The notes under the pieces were generated by a model. The model saw only the letters and a program-made list of their open reading frames with translations. It did not search any database and had not been told where the DNA came from. Positions 15,862 through 24,000 of a stretch of DNA of 24,000 bases are shown here, one piece after another (position 1 is the first letter of the stretch; each line of letters opens with the position of its first letter). Both the position numbers and the translations under genes were made by a program. Source of the stretch: an uncultured Alphaproteobacteria bacterium (GTDB lineage: Bacteria; Pseudomonadota; Alphaproteobacteria; Rhizobiales; Beijerinckiaceae); contig CAVXVE010000003.1 in assembly GCA_963764955.1 (NCBI GenBank), positions 625 to 24,624 on the forward strand, read 5' to 3'.

Positions 15862-16596
15862 TCAGGCCGACTTCGGCTGGCCATCGCCGAGCCACGCATG
15901 CGCCGGCTGCGGGACTTCAGTCCTCGCGTACAGCCGTGAAAAGATAACTACGTGCGTGAACAGCAGGATCGGGACCAGAAAGCCTGGAATGACGAGCCAG
16001 GGCAAACTGGTCATTGGCGAAGCGTCCGGAGGTCCAACGAAAACCTGAAGCGGACCGGGCGCCGACAAGGGCCCGAGGGTAAGAGCGATGACGAGGTCCG
16101 CGACCCCGAGCGCGTTCCATAGGAAGACAGCCGGCCGCGCGCGGGCGCCGAATCGCGCCGCCGCCCAGGCGACCGGCAGGGCGGTCGCGCCGATGAACAT
16201 ATCGCCCCCGCCCGCGCTCGGCGCGAATGGCGCGGGTAAGCGGCCGCTGGCGTAGAGAACAAGAAACGTGAATCCCAGGAGGCGGATCGCATGCAGGGCG
16301 ACAAGCGCCGGCAAGGGGGTTTGAGCCATCGCGTTTCGCACGGAAGGCAAAGCGAAATAGGCGCCGACGAGCGCCGCAATGGGCAGAACGACGGTCAGGC
16401 CGAGGGCGGGCGCGCCCGCATGGGCGGGGCTGAGCGCGCCGGTCGCGCCGATGGCCAAAACCAGCACAAACCATGCGCCGAGCGCGACCAGGACGGCGAC
16501 CCGGCCGCGCGTGGTCATAGCCATTGTCAAAGACAGAAAGCCTACGACGATTGCGGCGCTGATCGTGAGCTCCGCGGTGGACAGAATGTCGAACAT
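15862..16596 (-). CDS. Polytopic membrane protein of unknown function (about 6 predicted hydrophobic helices)
   Basis: The sequence is hydrophobic throughout. The internal ATG at 16596 (MFDILS...) has GGAGG 5 nt upstream and is preferred over the ATG at 16608. It lies directly downstream of marR on the same strand. Confidence 0.6.
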   Translation of the reverse strand: MFDILSTAELTISAAIVVGFLSLTMAMTTRGRVAVLVALGAWFVLVLAIGATGALSPAHAGAPALGLTVVLPIAALVGAYFALPSVRNAMAQTPLPALVALHAIRLLGFTFLVLYASGRLPAPFAPSAGGGDMFIGATALPVAWAAARFGARARPAVFLWNALGVADLVIALTLGPLSAPGPLQVFVGPPDASPMTSLPWLVIPGFLVPILLFTHVVIFSRLYARTEVPQPAHAWLGDGQPKSA

Positions 16597-16612
16597 GAGG
16601 ACCTCCATTAAA

Positions 16613-16624
16613 GTGTAACTACAC
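16613..16624. promoter_or_regulatory. Inverted repeat GTGTA-AC-TACAC, a possible MarR operator
   Basis: It shares the half-sites GTGTA/TACAC with the palindrome at 17046-17055. It lies 17 bp upstream of the membrane-protein start, in the marR-membrane gene spacer. Confidence 0.3.
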
Positions 16625-16641
16625 GCATATCGGAAATTTTT

Positions 16642-17040
16642 TTAGTTTTGGACTCCTCCGGCGCCCGCAGCCAAAGCGGCGTCCTGCGCCTTCCTCCAGA
16701 AGGGATAAGCCCGGCGGGCGGCTTCCTTCCCGGCCGATGTGATCCTGACCTTGCGAACCCGGCGATCCTGGCCTTCCTCGACTTGAACATACCCGTGCCG
16801 CAGGAGCGGACCGAGGTTGCGGGTCAGGGTCGTCCGCTCGAGGCCGAGGAACTCCGCAAGGCGGGTCGTTGGCAAGGAGCCGGTCTGAATGAGCGTCGCC
16901 AGCAGGGTGAACTGGGTTCCACGGAGGCCTGCGCCTCGCATCGCTTTTTCAAACGCGCGCGTCAGTTCCCGGCTCCGCCGGCGCGCGGCGGTGCAGACGC
17001 ATTGCCGGGTCGCGGTGAAGTCGACTTCTCCGGTATCCAT
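16642..17040 (-). CDS. MarR family transcriptional regulator
   Basis: Winged-helix region LRGTQFTLLATLIQTGSLPTTRLAEFLGLERTTLTRNLGPLLRHGYVQVEEGQDRRVRKVRITSAGKE. The start is placed at ATG 17040 (MDTGEV...). The longer track ORF to 17139 would run into the repeat element. Confidence 0.85.
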   Translation of the reverse strand: MDTGEVDFTATRQCVCTAARRRSRELTRAFEKAMRGAGLRGTQFTLLATLIQTGSLPTTRLAEFLGLERTTLTRNLGPLLRHGYVQVEEGQDRRVRKVRITSAGKEAARRAYPFWRKAQDAALAAGAGGVQN

Positions 17041-17045
17041 ATTAG

Positions 17046-17055
17046 GTGTATACAC
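17046..17055. promoter_or_regulatory. Perfect 10-bp palindrome GTGTATACAC, a possible MarR autoregulatory operator
   Basis: It sits 6 bp upstream of the marR start codon. MarR-family proteins typically bind palindromes in their own promoter; the functional link here is inferred. Confidence 0.35.
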
Positions 17056-17125
17056 ACTTTTATTCGGGCTGTCAAGGCCTACGAAAACTCGACAATTAGG
17101 CTCGCATGGCGCTCGCTGTTGTTTG

Positions 17126-17274
17126 CTAGCAATGCGCAATCAGCTCACGCCGGCCCGGTGTCATGCCCGCGCAAGCGGGCATCCAGCAAGACATTGATCG
17201 AACTATGGATTCCCGCTTGCGCGGGAATGACAATACGGCCGACTGCGATTTGATCTGAAAGCGCGTTGCTCTAG
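17126..17274 (-). mobile_element. MITE/REP-like double-hairpin element, copy B (inverted relative to copy A)
   Basis: Its reverse complement aligns end to end with 9537-9686 at roughly 92% identity by eye, with a few mismatches and small indels. It has the same two hairpins (CATGCCCGC-GCAA-GCGGGCATC and ATTCCCGC-TTGC-GCGGGAAT). The flanking hexamers TGTTTG / CTTTTG match at only 4 of 6 positions. Confidence 0.7.
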
Positions 17275-17491
17275 CTTTTGCCCGAGGCCGTCATGGTCGG
17301 GTCAAGCCGGTCATGACGAAAAACAGAAAGATAGGCGCCGCAAAGAGGATCGACAACCGCCATCGCTATAAAGCCGACAATTGATTGCAGAAAATCAGAA
17401 AGACAGCTAAGCTCGTCCCATGAGCAATTTCGCGCTTCTGCATGCCAAGAACGCTGACGTCCGTTCCGCCCCGCCGCGCGACGGGCCAAAA

Positions 17492-17550
17492 GGCTCGAGA
17501 AATTTTTTTCGCGGAAAATCCCCCGTAACCCATTGAAAAGTCTCGATTCG
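17492..17550 (+). repeat. Short intergenic repeat, copy 2 (T7 run followed by the core CGTAACCCATTGAAAAGTCTCGATTC)
   Basis: Direct-orientation partner of 9465-9523. It lies about 90 nt beyond the 3' end of holC. Confidence 0.5.
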
Positions 17551-17641
17551 GACGAGAGAATCCAAGGAAATCCAAGCTTTTCCAACCCCCATAAACGAGG
17601 GCTTTCGCGGCCAAATGGCCATGCGCCAAGCAAACCCAAAC

Positions 17642-18094
17642 TTACCGCGCTTTCTCCCAGCCGCCCTCGTCGGTCTCGCGCCAGTAGCTGATGGCGCGCT
17701 CCTGGTCCTTGAGCCGCCGCCATTCGCCCCGCGCCTGGGCGAGCGCGGCCTCGTCGCGTCCGTCGAACATGAGAACGATGAGATCGAACGCATCGTCGGC
17801 CGGACTGGCCTCGGCGCCGGAAAGCCTGACCAGCATCGTCGCCGCGTTGGGATTGTCCGCCTCGCTCGTCAGGAAGATCGGCTGGGTCATGGGATCGCCG
17901 TCGCCGGCGGCGCCATGCGGAAGAAAGCTCGCGTCATCATAGGTCCACAGCCGCTCGTTGAGGGCGGCGACCATCTCGTCGGACGAGGCGCGCACGACGA
18001 CGCGCCGGCCCTCCTGCGCCGCGAGCTCGAGCAGGCTGGGCAGCGCCTGATCGACGCGCCGCCGCTCGAGATGATGAAAGCGGACCTCGCTCAC
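17642..18094 (-). CDS. holC: DNA polymerase III chi subunit
   Basis: 150-aa ORF. (M)SEVRFHHLERRRVDQALPSLLELAAQEGRRVVVRASSDEMVAALNERLWTYDDASFLPHG matches the conserved chi N-terminal pattern. The position next to pepA is the usual synteny. It has a GTG start. Confidence 0.85.
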   Translation of the reverse strand: MSEVRFHHLERRRVDQALPSLLELAAQEGRRVVVRASSDEMVAALNERLWTYDDASFLPHGAAGDGDPMTQPIFLTSEADNPNAATMLVRLSGAEASPADDAFDLIVLMFDGRDEAALAQARGEWRRLKDQERAISYWRETDEGGWEKAR

Positions 18095-18624
18095 TCGCCG
18101 GCCGGGCCGACGATGACGAAGGTCCGGTCAACGCCGGTCGCCATCAGTCCGAGGCTGACGCCGCCCGGCTCATGCTCCTCGGTCTTGCCCGCGACATAGA
18201 CGTCGCCGCGCTGGCGCGACGCTGCGAGATACTCGGTCGCATCCGTGCTCATGCCGCGGAGCACGCCGCGGCTCTTGGCCGTGTCCCAGCCCAGCGCCGC
18301 CTTCAGCGCCGCGGCCTGAAACCGCTCGAAATTGGTGGTCGTGCGCGCGTTGGCCGGTTCGCCGATGCGGGCCTCGAACCGCACGAACTGATCGCCGTGA
18401 CAGGTGAGGGTCGCGTCGACGTCCACCCGAGTCGTCACGTCGAACACGTTCGAATCGGAGCGCGTGCGGGATACGACGACGGCGCGCCCGAACTCGACCT
18501 GCATGTCGCTCGCCTCGGAGCGCAGCGCGCTGGTGAAGGCGTCGCATCCGGCGATCGCCCACGCCGGCTCCAGCGAGGCGGTCCAGGCCCCGGCGAGCGC
18601 TAAGATCGTGGACCGAATCCGCAT
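18091..18624 (-). CDS. Hypothetical exported protein (177 aa) with an N-terminal signal-like sequence
   Basis: ATG is preceded by AAGGGG. MRIRSTILALAGAWTASLEPAWA looks like a Sec signal peptide. Its stop overlaps the holC GTG start as GTGA (18091-18094). Confidence 0.6.
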   Translation of the reverse strand: MRIRSTILALAGAWTASLEPAWAIAGCDAFTSALRSEASDMQVEFGRAVVVSRTRSDSNVFDVTTRVDVDATLTCHGDQFVRFEARIGEPANARTTTNFERFQAAALKAALGWDTAKSRGVLRGMSTDATEYLAASRQRGDVYVAGKTEEHEPGGVSLGLMATGVDRTFVIVGPAGE

Positions 18625-18671
18625 CCCTGACCCCTTAAGCCCGATTCTCGAATCAATTCGTCAATGAGAAC

Positions 18672-20171
18672 CTAATCTTCGTAGGAATTGGCCAAAAGAC
18701 GATTGAGGAGCCGCACGCCCCAGCCCGAGCCCCAGGACTGATTGATGTCCGAGGGGGGCGAGCCCATTGCGGTGCCCGCAACATCGAGATGCGCCCACGG
18801 CGTCTCCTTGACGAACCGTTGCAGGAACTGCGCGGCGGTGATCGAACCGCCGTGGCGGCCGCCGGTGTTCTTCATGTCGGCGAATTTGGAATCGATCAGC
18901 TTGTCGTAGGACGCGCCGAGCGGCAGGCGCCAAATCTTCTCGCCTGACGCCTCCCCCGCCGCGGCGAGCCGCTGGGCGAGCTCGTCGTTATTGGAAAAGA
19001 GCCCCGCTATCTCGCTCCCGAGCGCGACCATGATCGCGCCGGTCAGCGTCGCAAGGTCGATGATCGCACGGGGGGCGTAAGTCTCCTGCGCGTACCAGAG
19101 CGCGTCGGCGAGAACCAGCCGCCCTTCGGCGTCCGTATTGACGATCTCGATCGTTTGGCCTGACATCGAGGTGATGATGTCGCCCGGCCGGATCGCATCG
19201 CCGTCCGGCATGTTTTCGACGAGGCCGACAATCCCGACCACATTGACCTTCGCCTTCCGGGCGGCGAGCGCGTGCATGAGCCCGACAACGCAGGCTGCGC
19301 CGCCCATGTCGCCTTTCATATCCTCCATGCCGGCCGAAGGCTTAATGGATATTCCGCCGGAATCGAAACAGACCCCCTTGCCCACGACGGCGATTGGTTT
19401 TGTCCGTTTCGACCGCGCCCCGTTCCAGCGCATGGCGACAAGCCGGCTGTCGCGCGCTGATCCTCGTCCGACCGCGAGCAGCGCGTTCATCCCCAATTTG
19501 CCCATCGCCTTCTCGTCGAGCGTCTCCACATGGACGCCGAGTTTCTCCAGCGCCTTGGCGCGATCGGCGAACTCGGCGGGAAAGAGAATGTTGGGCGGCT
19601 CGTTGACCAGATTGCGCGCCAGCTCGACGCCTTCGGCGACAGCGAAGCGCTCCTGCGCAGCCGCGCGCGCGGCTGCCGCATGGCTCGAGCCGATGACGAA
19701 ATCGGGCGCCTCGAGGCTGTCCTCCTCCGGGCCTTTCCTGCGCGTCTTGTATTTGTCGAACCGATAGCCCCGCAGGCGAAGGCCGAGCGCAAAATCGGCC
19801 GCCGCCGGGCCATCCCACATTCCCGACGGGGCCTCGAAAGCGACTTCGACCCGTTTCGCGCCGGTCACTTTGCCAAAGGTGAATCCGCCGAGCGTGATGA
19901 AATCGACCGGTGCGCTGTCCTTGCCCGGAGCGACGCCGACAACCATGAGCCGGGAAGCGTCCAGGCCGGCCGGCGCGAGAATGTCGAGGGCGGTGCGCAG
20001 GGCGCCGCGAAAGTTGCACGCCTTCGCCGCAGCGCGGATAAGCGGCTCGATATCGCCAAACTGAGCCGTCACGGTCGGCGCAGGTTTCATGTCGGCCCCA
20101 ACGAAGACCACGAGAGCGCTGCCTTTGGTCGCGGAGAGGGCCCCAAAAGCTATCTTGACGGCTCCGCTCAT
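18672..20171 (-). CDS. pepA: Leucyl aminopeptidase (peptidase M17)
   Basis: The M17 signature [14 protein letters not shown] and the [15 protein letters not shown] motif are present, and the length is about 499 aa. The ATG at 20171 is preferred over the TTG at 20177. Confidence 0.92.
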   Translation of the reverse strand: MSGAVKIAFGALSATKGSALVVFVGADMKPAPTVTAQFGDIEPLIRAAAKACNFRGALRTALDILAPAGLDASRLMVVGVAPGKDSAPVDFITLGGFTFGKVTGAKRVEVAFEAPSGMWDGPAAADFALGLRLRGYRFDKYKTRRKGPEEDSLEAPDFVIGSSHAAAARAAAQERFAVAEGVELARNLVNEPPNILFPAEFADRAKALEKLGVHVETLDEKAMGKLGMNALLAVGRGSARDSRLVAMRWNGARSKRTKPIAVVGKGVCFDSGGISIKPSAGMEDMKGDMGGAACVVGLMHALAARKAKVNVVGIVGLVENMPDGDAIRPGDIITSMSGQTIEIVNTDAEGRLVLADALWYAQETYAPRAIIDLATLTGAIMVALGSEIAGLFSNNDELAQRLAAAGEASGEKIWRLPLGASYDKLIDSKFADMKNTGGRHGGSITAAQFLQRFVKETPWAHLDVAGTAMGSPPSDINQSWGSGWGVRLLNRLLANSYED

Positions 20172-20434
20172 AACCAACGCGTGTCCTTCGTCCGGATTTG
20201 ATGACTTTGGCCAACCGAGCCTGGGTCGCTGGTGGCGGGCGCCGACATATCGGGGGGTTTGCCACGCTCGTCAACAAGCCGCCGCGATTGGGCGACACAT
20301 TTCAGCCGTCAGGGGTCTAACGCCGGCGCGCGGAGCGGTTCGCTTGCAATGAAACGGGGCATCGGGCAAGCGCGGGGCGGGCGATGCGCGTACTCTACGC
20401 GCGGCCGTTCGCTCTTTAAGATGACACGGCGGCG

Positions 20435-21551
20435 ATGATCCAAATTGAACGCTATCTGCTGAGGACGGCGACAACAGCCGCTGTCTCGGGCCTGGTGGTC
20501 CTGACCGGCGTCGTCTGGGTCACCCAGGCGCTGCGTCAGATCGACCTGATCACCAGCAAGGGCCAGACGATACTGATCTTTCTCATGATCACCGGGCTGG
20601 CGCTGCCTTCGCTGATCGCAATCATCGCGCCGGTGGCGCTATTCGCCGGGGTCCTTTACACCCTCAATAAGCTCAACGGCGACAGCGAGCTCGTCGTCAT
20701 GGCGGCTTCCGGCGTGTCGCCCATGCGGCTTTTGCGCCCGATGGCGCTGTTGTCGGCGCTGGTGTTCGCGATCGTGGCCGAGCTCTATATCCAGGTTTTG
20801 CCCTGGAGCTTCGGGGCGATCGAGAATTCTGACGACCTTCGTTCACGCAGATTTCATCGCCAACTTCGCCCGACCGGGCGCTTTCTCCCAGCTTGAAGCG
20901 GGGTTCGTATTTCACTTTCGCGAGCGCACGCCCGATGGAGCGCTGCACGGGGTGTTCATGCAGGACCAGCGCGATCCCGCCCGAATCACGACCTATATCG
21001 CGGAGGCGGGGAAAACCGTCGACCGCGGCGGAACGAGTTACCTCCAGCTGTCCAAGGGCGTCCTATTGCGGCCACAGTCGGCTGGCGACTCGGCGATGGT
21101 GACTTTTGACGACTACACGATCGACCTGTCGCAATTCATGCACGCCGTCAGCACGATGAAAAGGCCAAACGAACGGACGACCGCCCAATTGATGGCTCCT
21201 GACCCGAAGGACCGCGCGGATCCGGCGCTGCTCGGCCATATCCGCAGTGAGTTGCTGGACCGCCTCGCCAGCCCGCTCTACGCCTTCGCCGCCGGACTGA
21301 TCGCCTTCGCCGCGCTCGGAGAGGCGCGTACGACCCGTCAGGGCCGCGGCGTCGCGATTGCGGGGGCGATTCTGGCGTTCGCCGGGGTGCGTATGCTTGG
21401 CTTCGCCGCCACGACGCTCGCCGTCGGAACTCCTTCCGCCGCGATTTTCGTCTGGACGATCCCGCTTGCCGCGTGCGCTGGCGCGCTGGTTCTGATCTTC
21501 CGCCGACTGCTCACCGCTCCCGCTTGGCCGCTCGCGAGGCGCACGGCGTGA
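20435..21551 (+). CDS. lptF: LPS export ABC transporter permease LptF; apparent single-nt frameshift near 20827
   Basis: The N-terminal half is ORF 20435..20896 (MIQIERYLLR...SGVSPMRLLRP...). From about 20826 the protein continues in the frame of ORF 20952..21551 (ILTTFVHADFIANFARPGAFSQLEAGFVFHFRERTPDG...). Removing one T from GAGAATTCTGACG restores a continuous LptF-like protein. Confidence 0.85.
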
Positions 21552-22627
21552 TCGGCCGGACACTGGCATTCTATCTCGCCGGCCGTTTTGCGCGCACCGT
21601 CATCGCCGCCTTCATGGTGGTGTTTGTCCTTATCTACGCCGTCGATTTGGTGGAGCTCCTGCGTCGCTCAGGCGATTCGAAGCGTGCGACTGGAATTCTC
21701 ATGGCGGGCCTGTCGTTCCTGCGAACGCCGACCATCGCCGAGCAGGCCTTGCCGTTTGCGGTTCTGTTTGGATCGATGATCGCGTTCCTCAATCTGTCGC
21801 GCAAGATGGAGTTGGTCGTCGCGCGCGCGGCCGGAGTGTCCGTCTGGCAATTCCTGACGCCTCCGCTCTTTGTCATGCTGCTCCTGGGAGTGTTCTCGGT
21901 CGTCGCCTACAATCCGGCGTCGACATGGATGAAGCAGAAGGCCGACGAGATCGAGGCCAGAGTGTTCGGCGGCCTGGCCCTGGACTCGATCGGATTGTGG
22001 ATTCGCCAGAAGAGCGTCGATGGCCAGGCGGTCATTCGCGCCGCGGGGAGGAGCGCCGGCGGCGCTGAGTTCAACGGCATCGAGGTCTTCAACTTCGACC
22101 AAAAGGGGAATTTCGTCGAACGGCTGGAGGCCTCGTCAGGCGAACTACACGAGGGATATTGGGTATTGCACAATGTCATCGTCGTGACTCCGGGTTTCGA
22201 AGCCATCACGGTCCCCACCTACCTTTTGGCGACGAACCTTGGCCGCACGGAGGTCGCCCAGGCCTTCGTCGCCCCGGAAACGGTGTCGTTTTGGCGGCTG
22301 CCCGGGCTCGCCGAACAGACCGCGCGCGCAGGGTTGGATCCAACGGCTTACGTGCTGAAATATCAGGAGCTTCTGGCCCGCCCGCTCATGCTGGCGGCGA
22401 TGGTGCTGGTGGCCGCATGCTTTTCGTTAAGATTCTTCCGAATGGGTGGAATCGAATATATGATTTCCGGTGGCGTCCTGGCGGGGTTCATGCTTTATGT
22501 GGCCACCAAAGTGGTCAGCGATCTCGGCGGGGCGGGGTTCCTCAGCGCCTCTGTAGCGGGGTGGTCGCCCGGGGTCGTCGGCTGCATGTTTGGCGTGTAT
22601 GTGTTGCTGCAACAAGAGGATGGTTGA
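21548..22627 (+). CDS. lptG: LPS export ABC transporter permease LptG
   Basis: The GTG start overlaps the lptF stop as GTGA. VIGRTLAFYLAGRFARTVIAAFMVVF... and the rest of the sequence fit the YjgP/YjgQ permease family, at about 359 aa. Confidence 0.9.
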   Translation: MIGRTLAFYLAGRFARTVIAAFMVVFVLIYAVDLVELLRRSGDSKRATGILMAGLSFLRTPTIAEQALPFAVLFGSMIAFLNLSRKMELVVARAAGVSVWQFLTPPLFVMLLLGVFSVVAYNPASTWMKQKADEIEARVFGGLALDSIGLWIRQKSVDGQAVIRAAGRSAGGAEFNGIEVFNFDQKGNFVERLEASSGELHEGYWVLHNVIVVTPGFEAITVPTYLLATNLGRTEVAQAFVAPETVSFWRLPGLAEQTARAGLDPTAYVLKYQELLARPLMLAAMVLVAACFSLRFFRMGGIEYMISGGVLAGFMLYVATKVVSDLGGAGFLSASVAGWSPGVVGCMFGVYVLLQQEDG

Positions 22628-24000
22628 TGGGTTTCGCCCTCAGCTTTTCCTTTAAGTCAAATCCCCGCCGAACGCGCGCCGCGCGTTTAGCCCTGTCGTT
22701 CGCGGTCGTGGCCGTTGCGGCGTGGACCCTATTGTTCGCCGGCCCTGGGTCCGCCCAATCGCCTCCCGCGGAAGCCCAGTCGGCGCAAGCAAAGCCGCAG
22801 GACAAGCTCGTCATCGATGCGGACGAACTCGTCTACGACAAGGACAAGAACACGATCTCGGCAGTGGGCTCGGTTCAACTTTTCTACCAGGGCCGCGTGC
22901 TTCAGGCGGACCGCGTAACTTATGACCGCGCCACCAAGCGCGTTTACGCGGAAGGCCACGCCAAGATGACGGATGAGCACGGCAACGTCGTCTACGGAAG
23001 CCGGTTTGCGCTCAGCGACGATTTTCGCGACGGTTTCATCGACAGCGTCCAGGTTCTGACGACCGACAAGACGCGCTTTAGCTCGCCGCGGGTGGAGCGC
23101 TCGAACGGCGATGTCACAATTCTGGAGAAGGGGGCCTACACCGCCTGCGAGCCGTGCAAGGACCATCCGGAACGGCCGCCGTTCTGGCAGGTGAAGGCGA
23201 CCAAGATCATCGAGAACCAAGAGACCCATACAATCTACTACGAGGACGCTCAGCTCCAGTTCTGGGGCTTTCCCGTTTTCTACTTCCCCTATTTTTCCTC
23301 GGCTGATTCGACCGTCAACAAGAAGACTGGCTTCTTGGCGCCGTCGCTCGTCTCCGGCGGCTACCTTGGCACGGGCGTCAGCTTGCCCTATTTCATCGAT
23401 CTGGCGCCCAACTACGATCTCACCCTGACGCCAACCTTCCTTTCGAAGCAGGGTCTTCTGGGAGAAGTCGACTGGCGCCAGCGGCTGTCCAACGGCATCT
23501 ACAACATCCGTGCGACCGGGATCGACCAGGACCAGCCTGGAGCGTTTCCGGCTTTTCCCTATGGCGCGGGAGATATGCGCCTAAGAGGGTCGATCGAAAG
23601 CAGCGGCAACTTCTTTCTCAATGACATGTGGCAGTTCGGTTGGAACGGCACATGGATGAGCGACAAATTCTTCCTCAACGATTACCGGCTTCAGGGCATC
23701 AATTTCGACTATTTTTATTTCCAGGACGTCGTCTCAGATATCTATCTGCGCGGCCAGTCCGCCCAGAGTTTCTTCGACCTGAGCGCCTACCATTTCGAGG
23801 GCACGACGATGAATGACGACAACCGGACGCTGCCGGTCGCCGTCGCGCCGGTCCTCGACTACAATCGGGTGATCAACGTTCCCGCCGACCGCACTCACGG
23901 AATCGGAGGCGAGCTGACCATCGACACCAACGTCGCCAACATCAACCAGACCAACGCCGCATTCCAGTCGACCGGCCAGCAGACCTTCGACAACGCCTAT
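22627..24000 (+). CDS. lptD: LPS assembly outer-membrane protein LptD (OstA), N-terminal 458 codons; the 3' end lies outside the window
   Basis: This gene is not in the ORF track because the frame stays open to the window end. The ATG at 22627 overlaps the lptG stop (TGATG). My translation gives a signal-like LALSFAVVAVAAWTLLFAGPGSAQ, then the OstA-N pattern DADELVYDKDKNTISAVGSVQLFYQGRVLQADRVTYDR...VYAEGHAKM, then the beta-barrel region. Confidence 0.9.
   Translation, partial: MGFALSFSFKSNPRRTRAARLALSFAVVAVAAWTLLFAGPGSAQSPPAEAQSAQAKPQDKLVIDADELVYDKDKNTISAVGSVQLFYQGRVLQADRVTYDRATKRVYAEGHAKMTDEHGNVVYGSRFALSDDFRDGFIDSVQVLTTDKTRFSSPRVERSNGDVTILEKGAYTACEPCKDHPERPPFWQVKATKIIENQETHTIYYEDAQLQFWGFPVFYFPYFSSADSTVNKKTGFLAPSLVSGGYLGTGVSLPYFIDLAPNYDLTLTPTFLSKQGLLGEVDWRQRLSNGIYNIRATGIDQDQPGAFPAFPYGAGDMRLRGSIESSGNFFLNDMWQFGWNGTWMSDKFFLNDYRLQGINFDYFYFQDVVSDIYLRGQSAQSFFDLSAYHFEGTTMNDDNRTLPVAVAPVLDYNRVINVPADRTHGIGGELTIDTNVANINQTNAAFQSTGQQTFDNAY

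Noticed and set aside
13169-15899. Long minus-strand ORFs 13169..14293 (374 aa) and 14037..15899 (620 aa)
   Set aside because: They lie antisense to the MmyB-like regulator and degP. Their composition is low-complexity (R/G/A/D-rich) with no domain-like motifs. Long open antisense frames are expected at this GC content.
9537-17274. Composite transposon carrying xylB through marR
   Set aside because: No transposase or integrase is present. Copy A has its own perfect 6-bp target duplication, which implies an independent insertion, and the outer flanks of the two copies do not match each other. It is retained only as a possible recombination or inversion substrate.
17289-17320. Hairpin CGTCATG-N16-CATGACG as a possible terminator
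   Set aside because: The 7-bp stem has a large 16-nt loop and no adjacent U tract in the orientation of any upstream gene. It is about 320 bp from the holC stop.
17271-17793. Minus-strand ORFs 17271..17723 and 17407..17793, and plus-strand ORF 17615..18199, around the holC 3' end
   Set aside because: They run through intergenic repeat sequence or lie antisense to holC, with low-complexity translations. holC accounts for the coding signal.
19342-20298. 318-aa minus-strand alternate-frame ORF and several plus-strand ORFs across pepA
   Set aside because: They overlap the intact, motif-bearing pepA frame. They are Arg-rich out-of-frame or antisense translations.

Overview
High-GC (about 65-70%) chromosomal window. 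The gene order looks alphaproteobacterial (Rhizobiales/Hyphomicrobiales-like), but that is inference only. All calls come from reading the sequence and ORF track by eye, with no database or HMM searches. Layout: (1) 1-5.3 kb holds the 3' end of an RND efflux permease, two adjacent NuoL/M/N-MnhD-like antiporter subunit genes (each broken by two frameshifts), a frameshifted 3-hexulose-6-phosphate-synthase-like gene and an intact flavodoxin-fold NAD(P)H dehydrogenase. (2) 5.7-9.05 kb is the most unusual locus. It is one 3.3-kb gene with seven tandem copies of a ~120-aa Trp/Gly-rich module that I cannot assign to a family. Each module ends in a DxNxDGxI calcium-loop-like motif, and the array is fused to a lower-GC esterase-like alpha/beta-hydrolase domain. 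The 5' half carries eight single-nt frameshifts and the 3' 1.66 kb is intact. (3) 9.05-10.4 kb is a 1.36-kb lower-GC gap with no convincing gene. (4) 9.5-17.3 kb is a housekeeping-looking block: small hypothetical, xylB, methyltransferase, MmyB-like regulator, DegP/HtrA, membrane protein and MarR. It is bracketed by two inverted ~92%-identical copies of a 150-bp double-hairpin MITE/REP-like element. One copy has 9-bp terminal inverted repeats and a perfect 6-bp target-site duplication. A second short repeat family lies just outside each copy. (5) 17.6-24 kb is conserved core: holC, a secreted hypothetical and pepA on the minus strand, and divergent lptF (one frameshift), lptG and lptD with overlapping stop/start codons. 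I saw no tRNA, rRNA, CRISPR array, transposase, integrase or recognisable defence genes. Thirteen of the 14 frameshifts lie in the first 7.4 kb, so a sequence-quality artefact must be excluded before any pseudogene claim.
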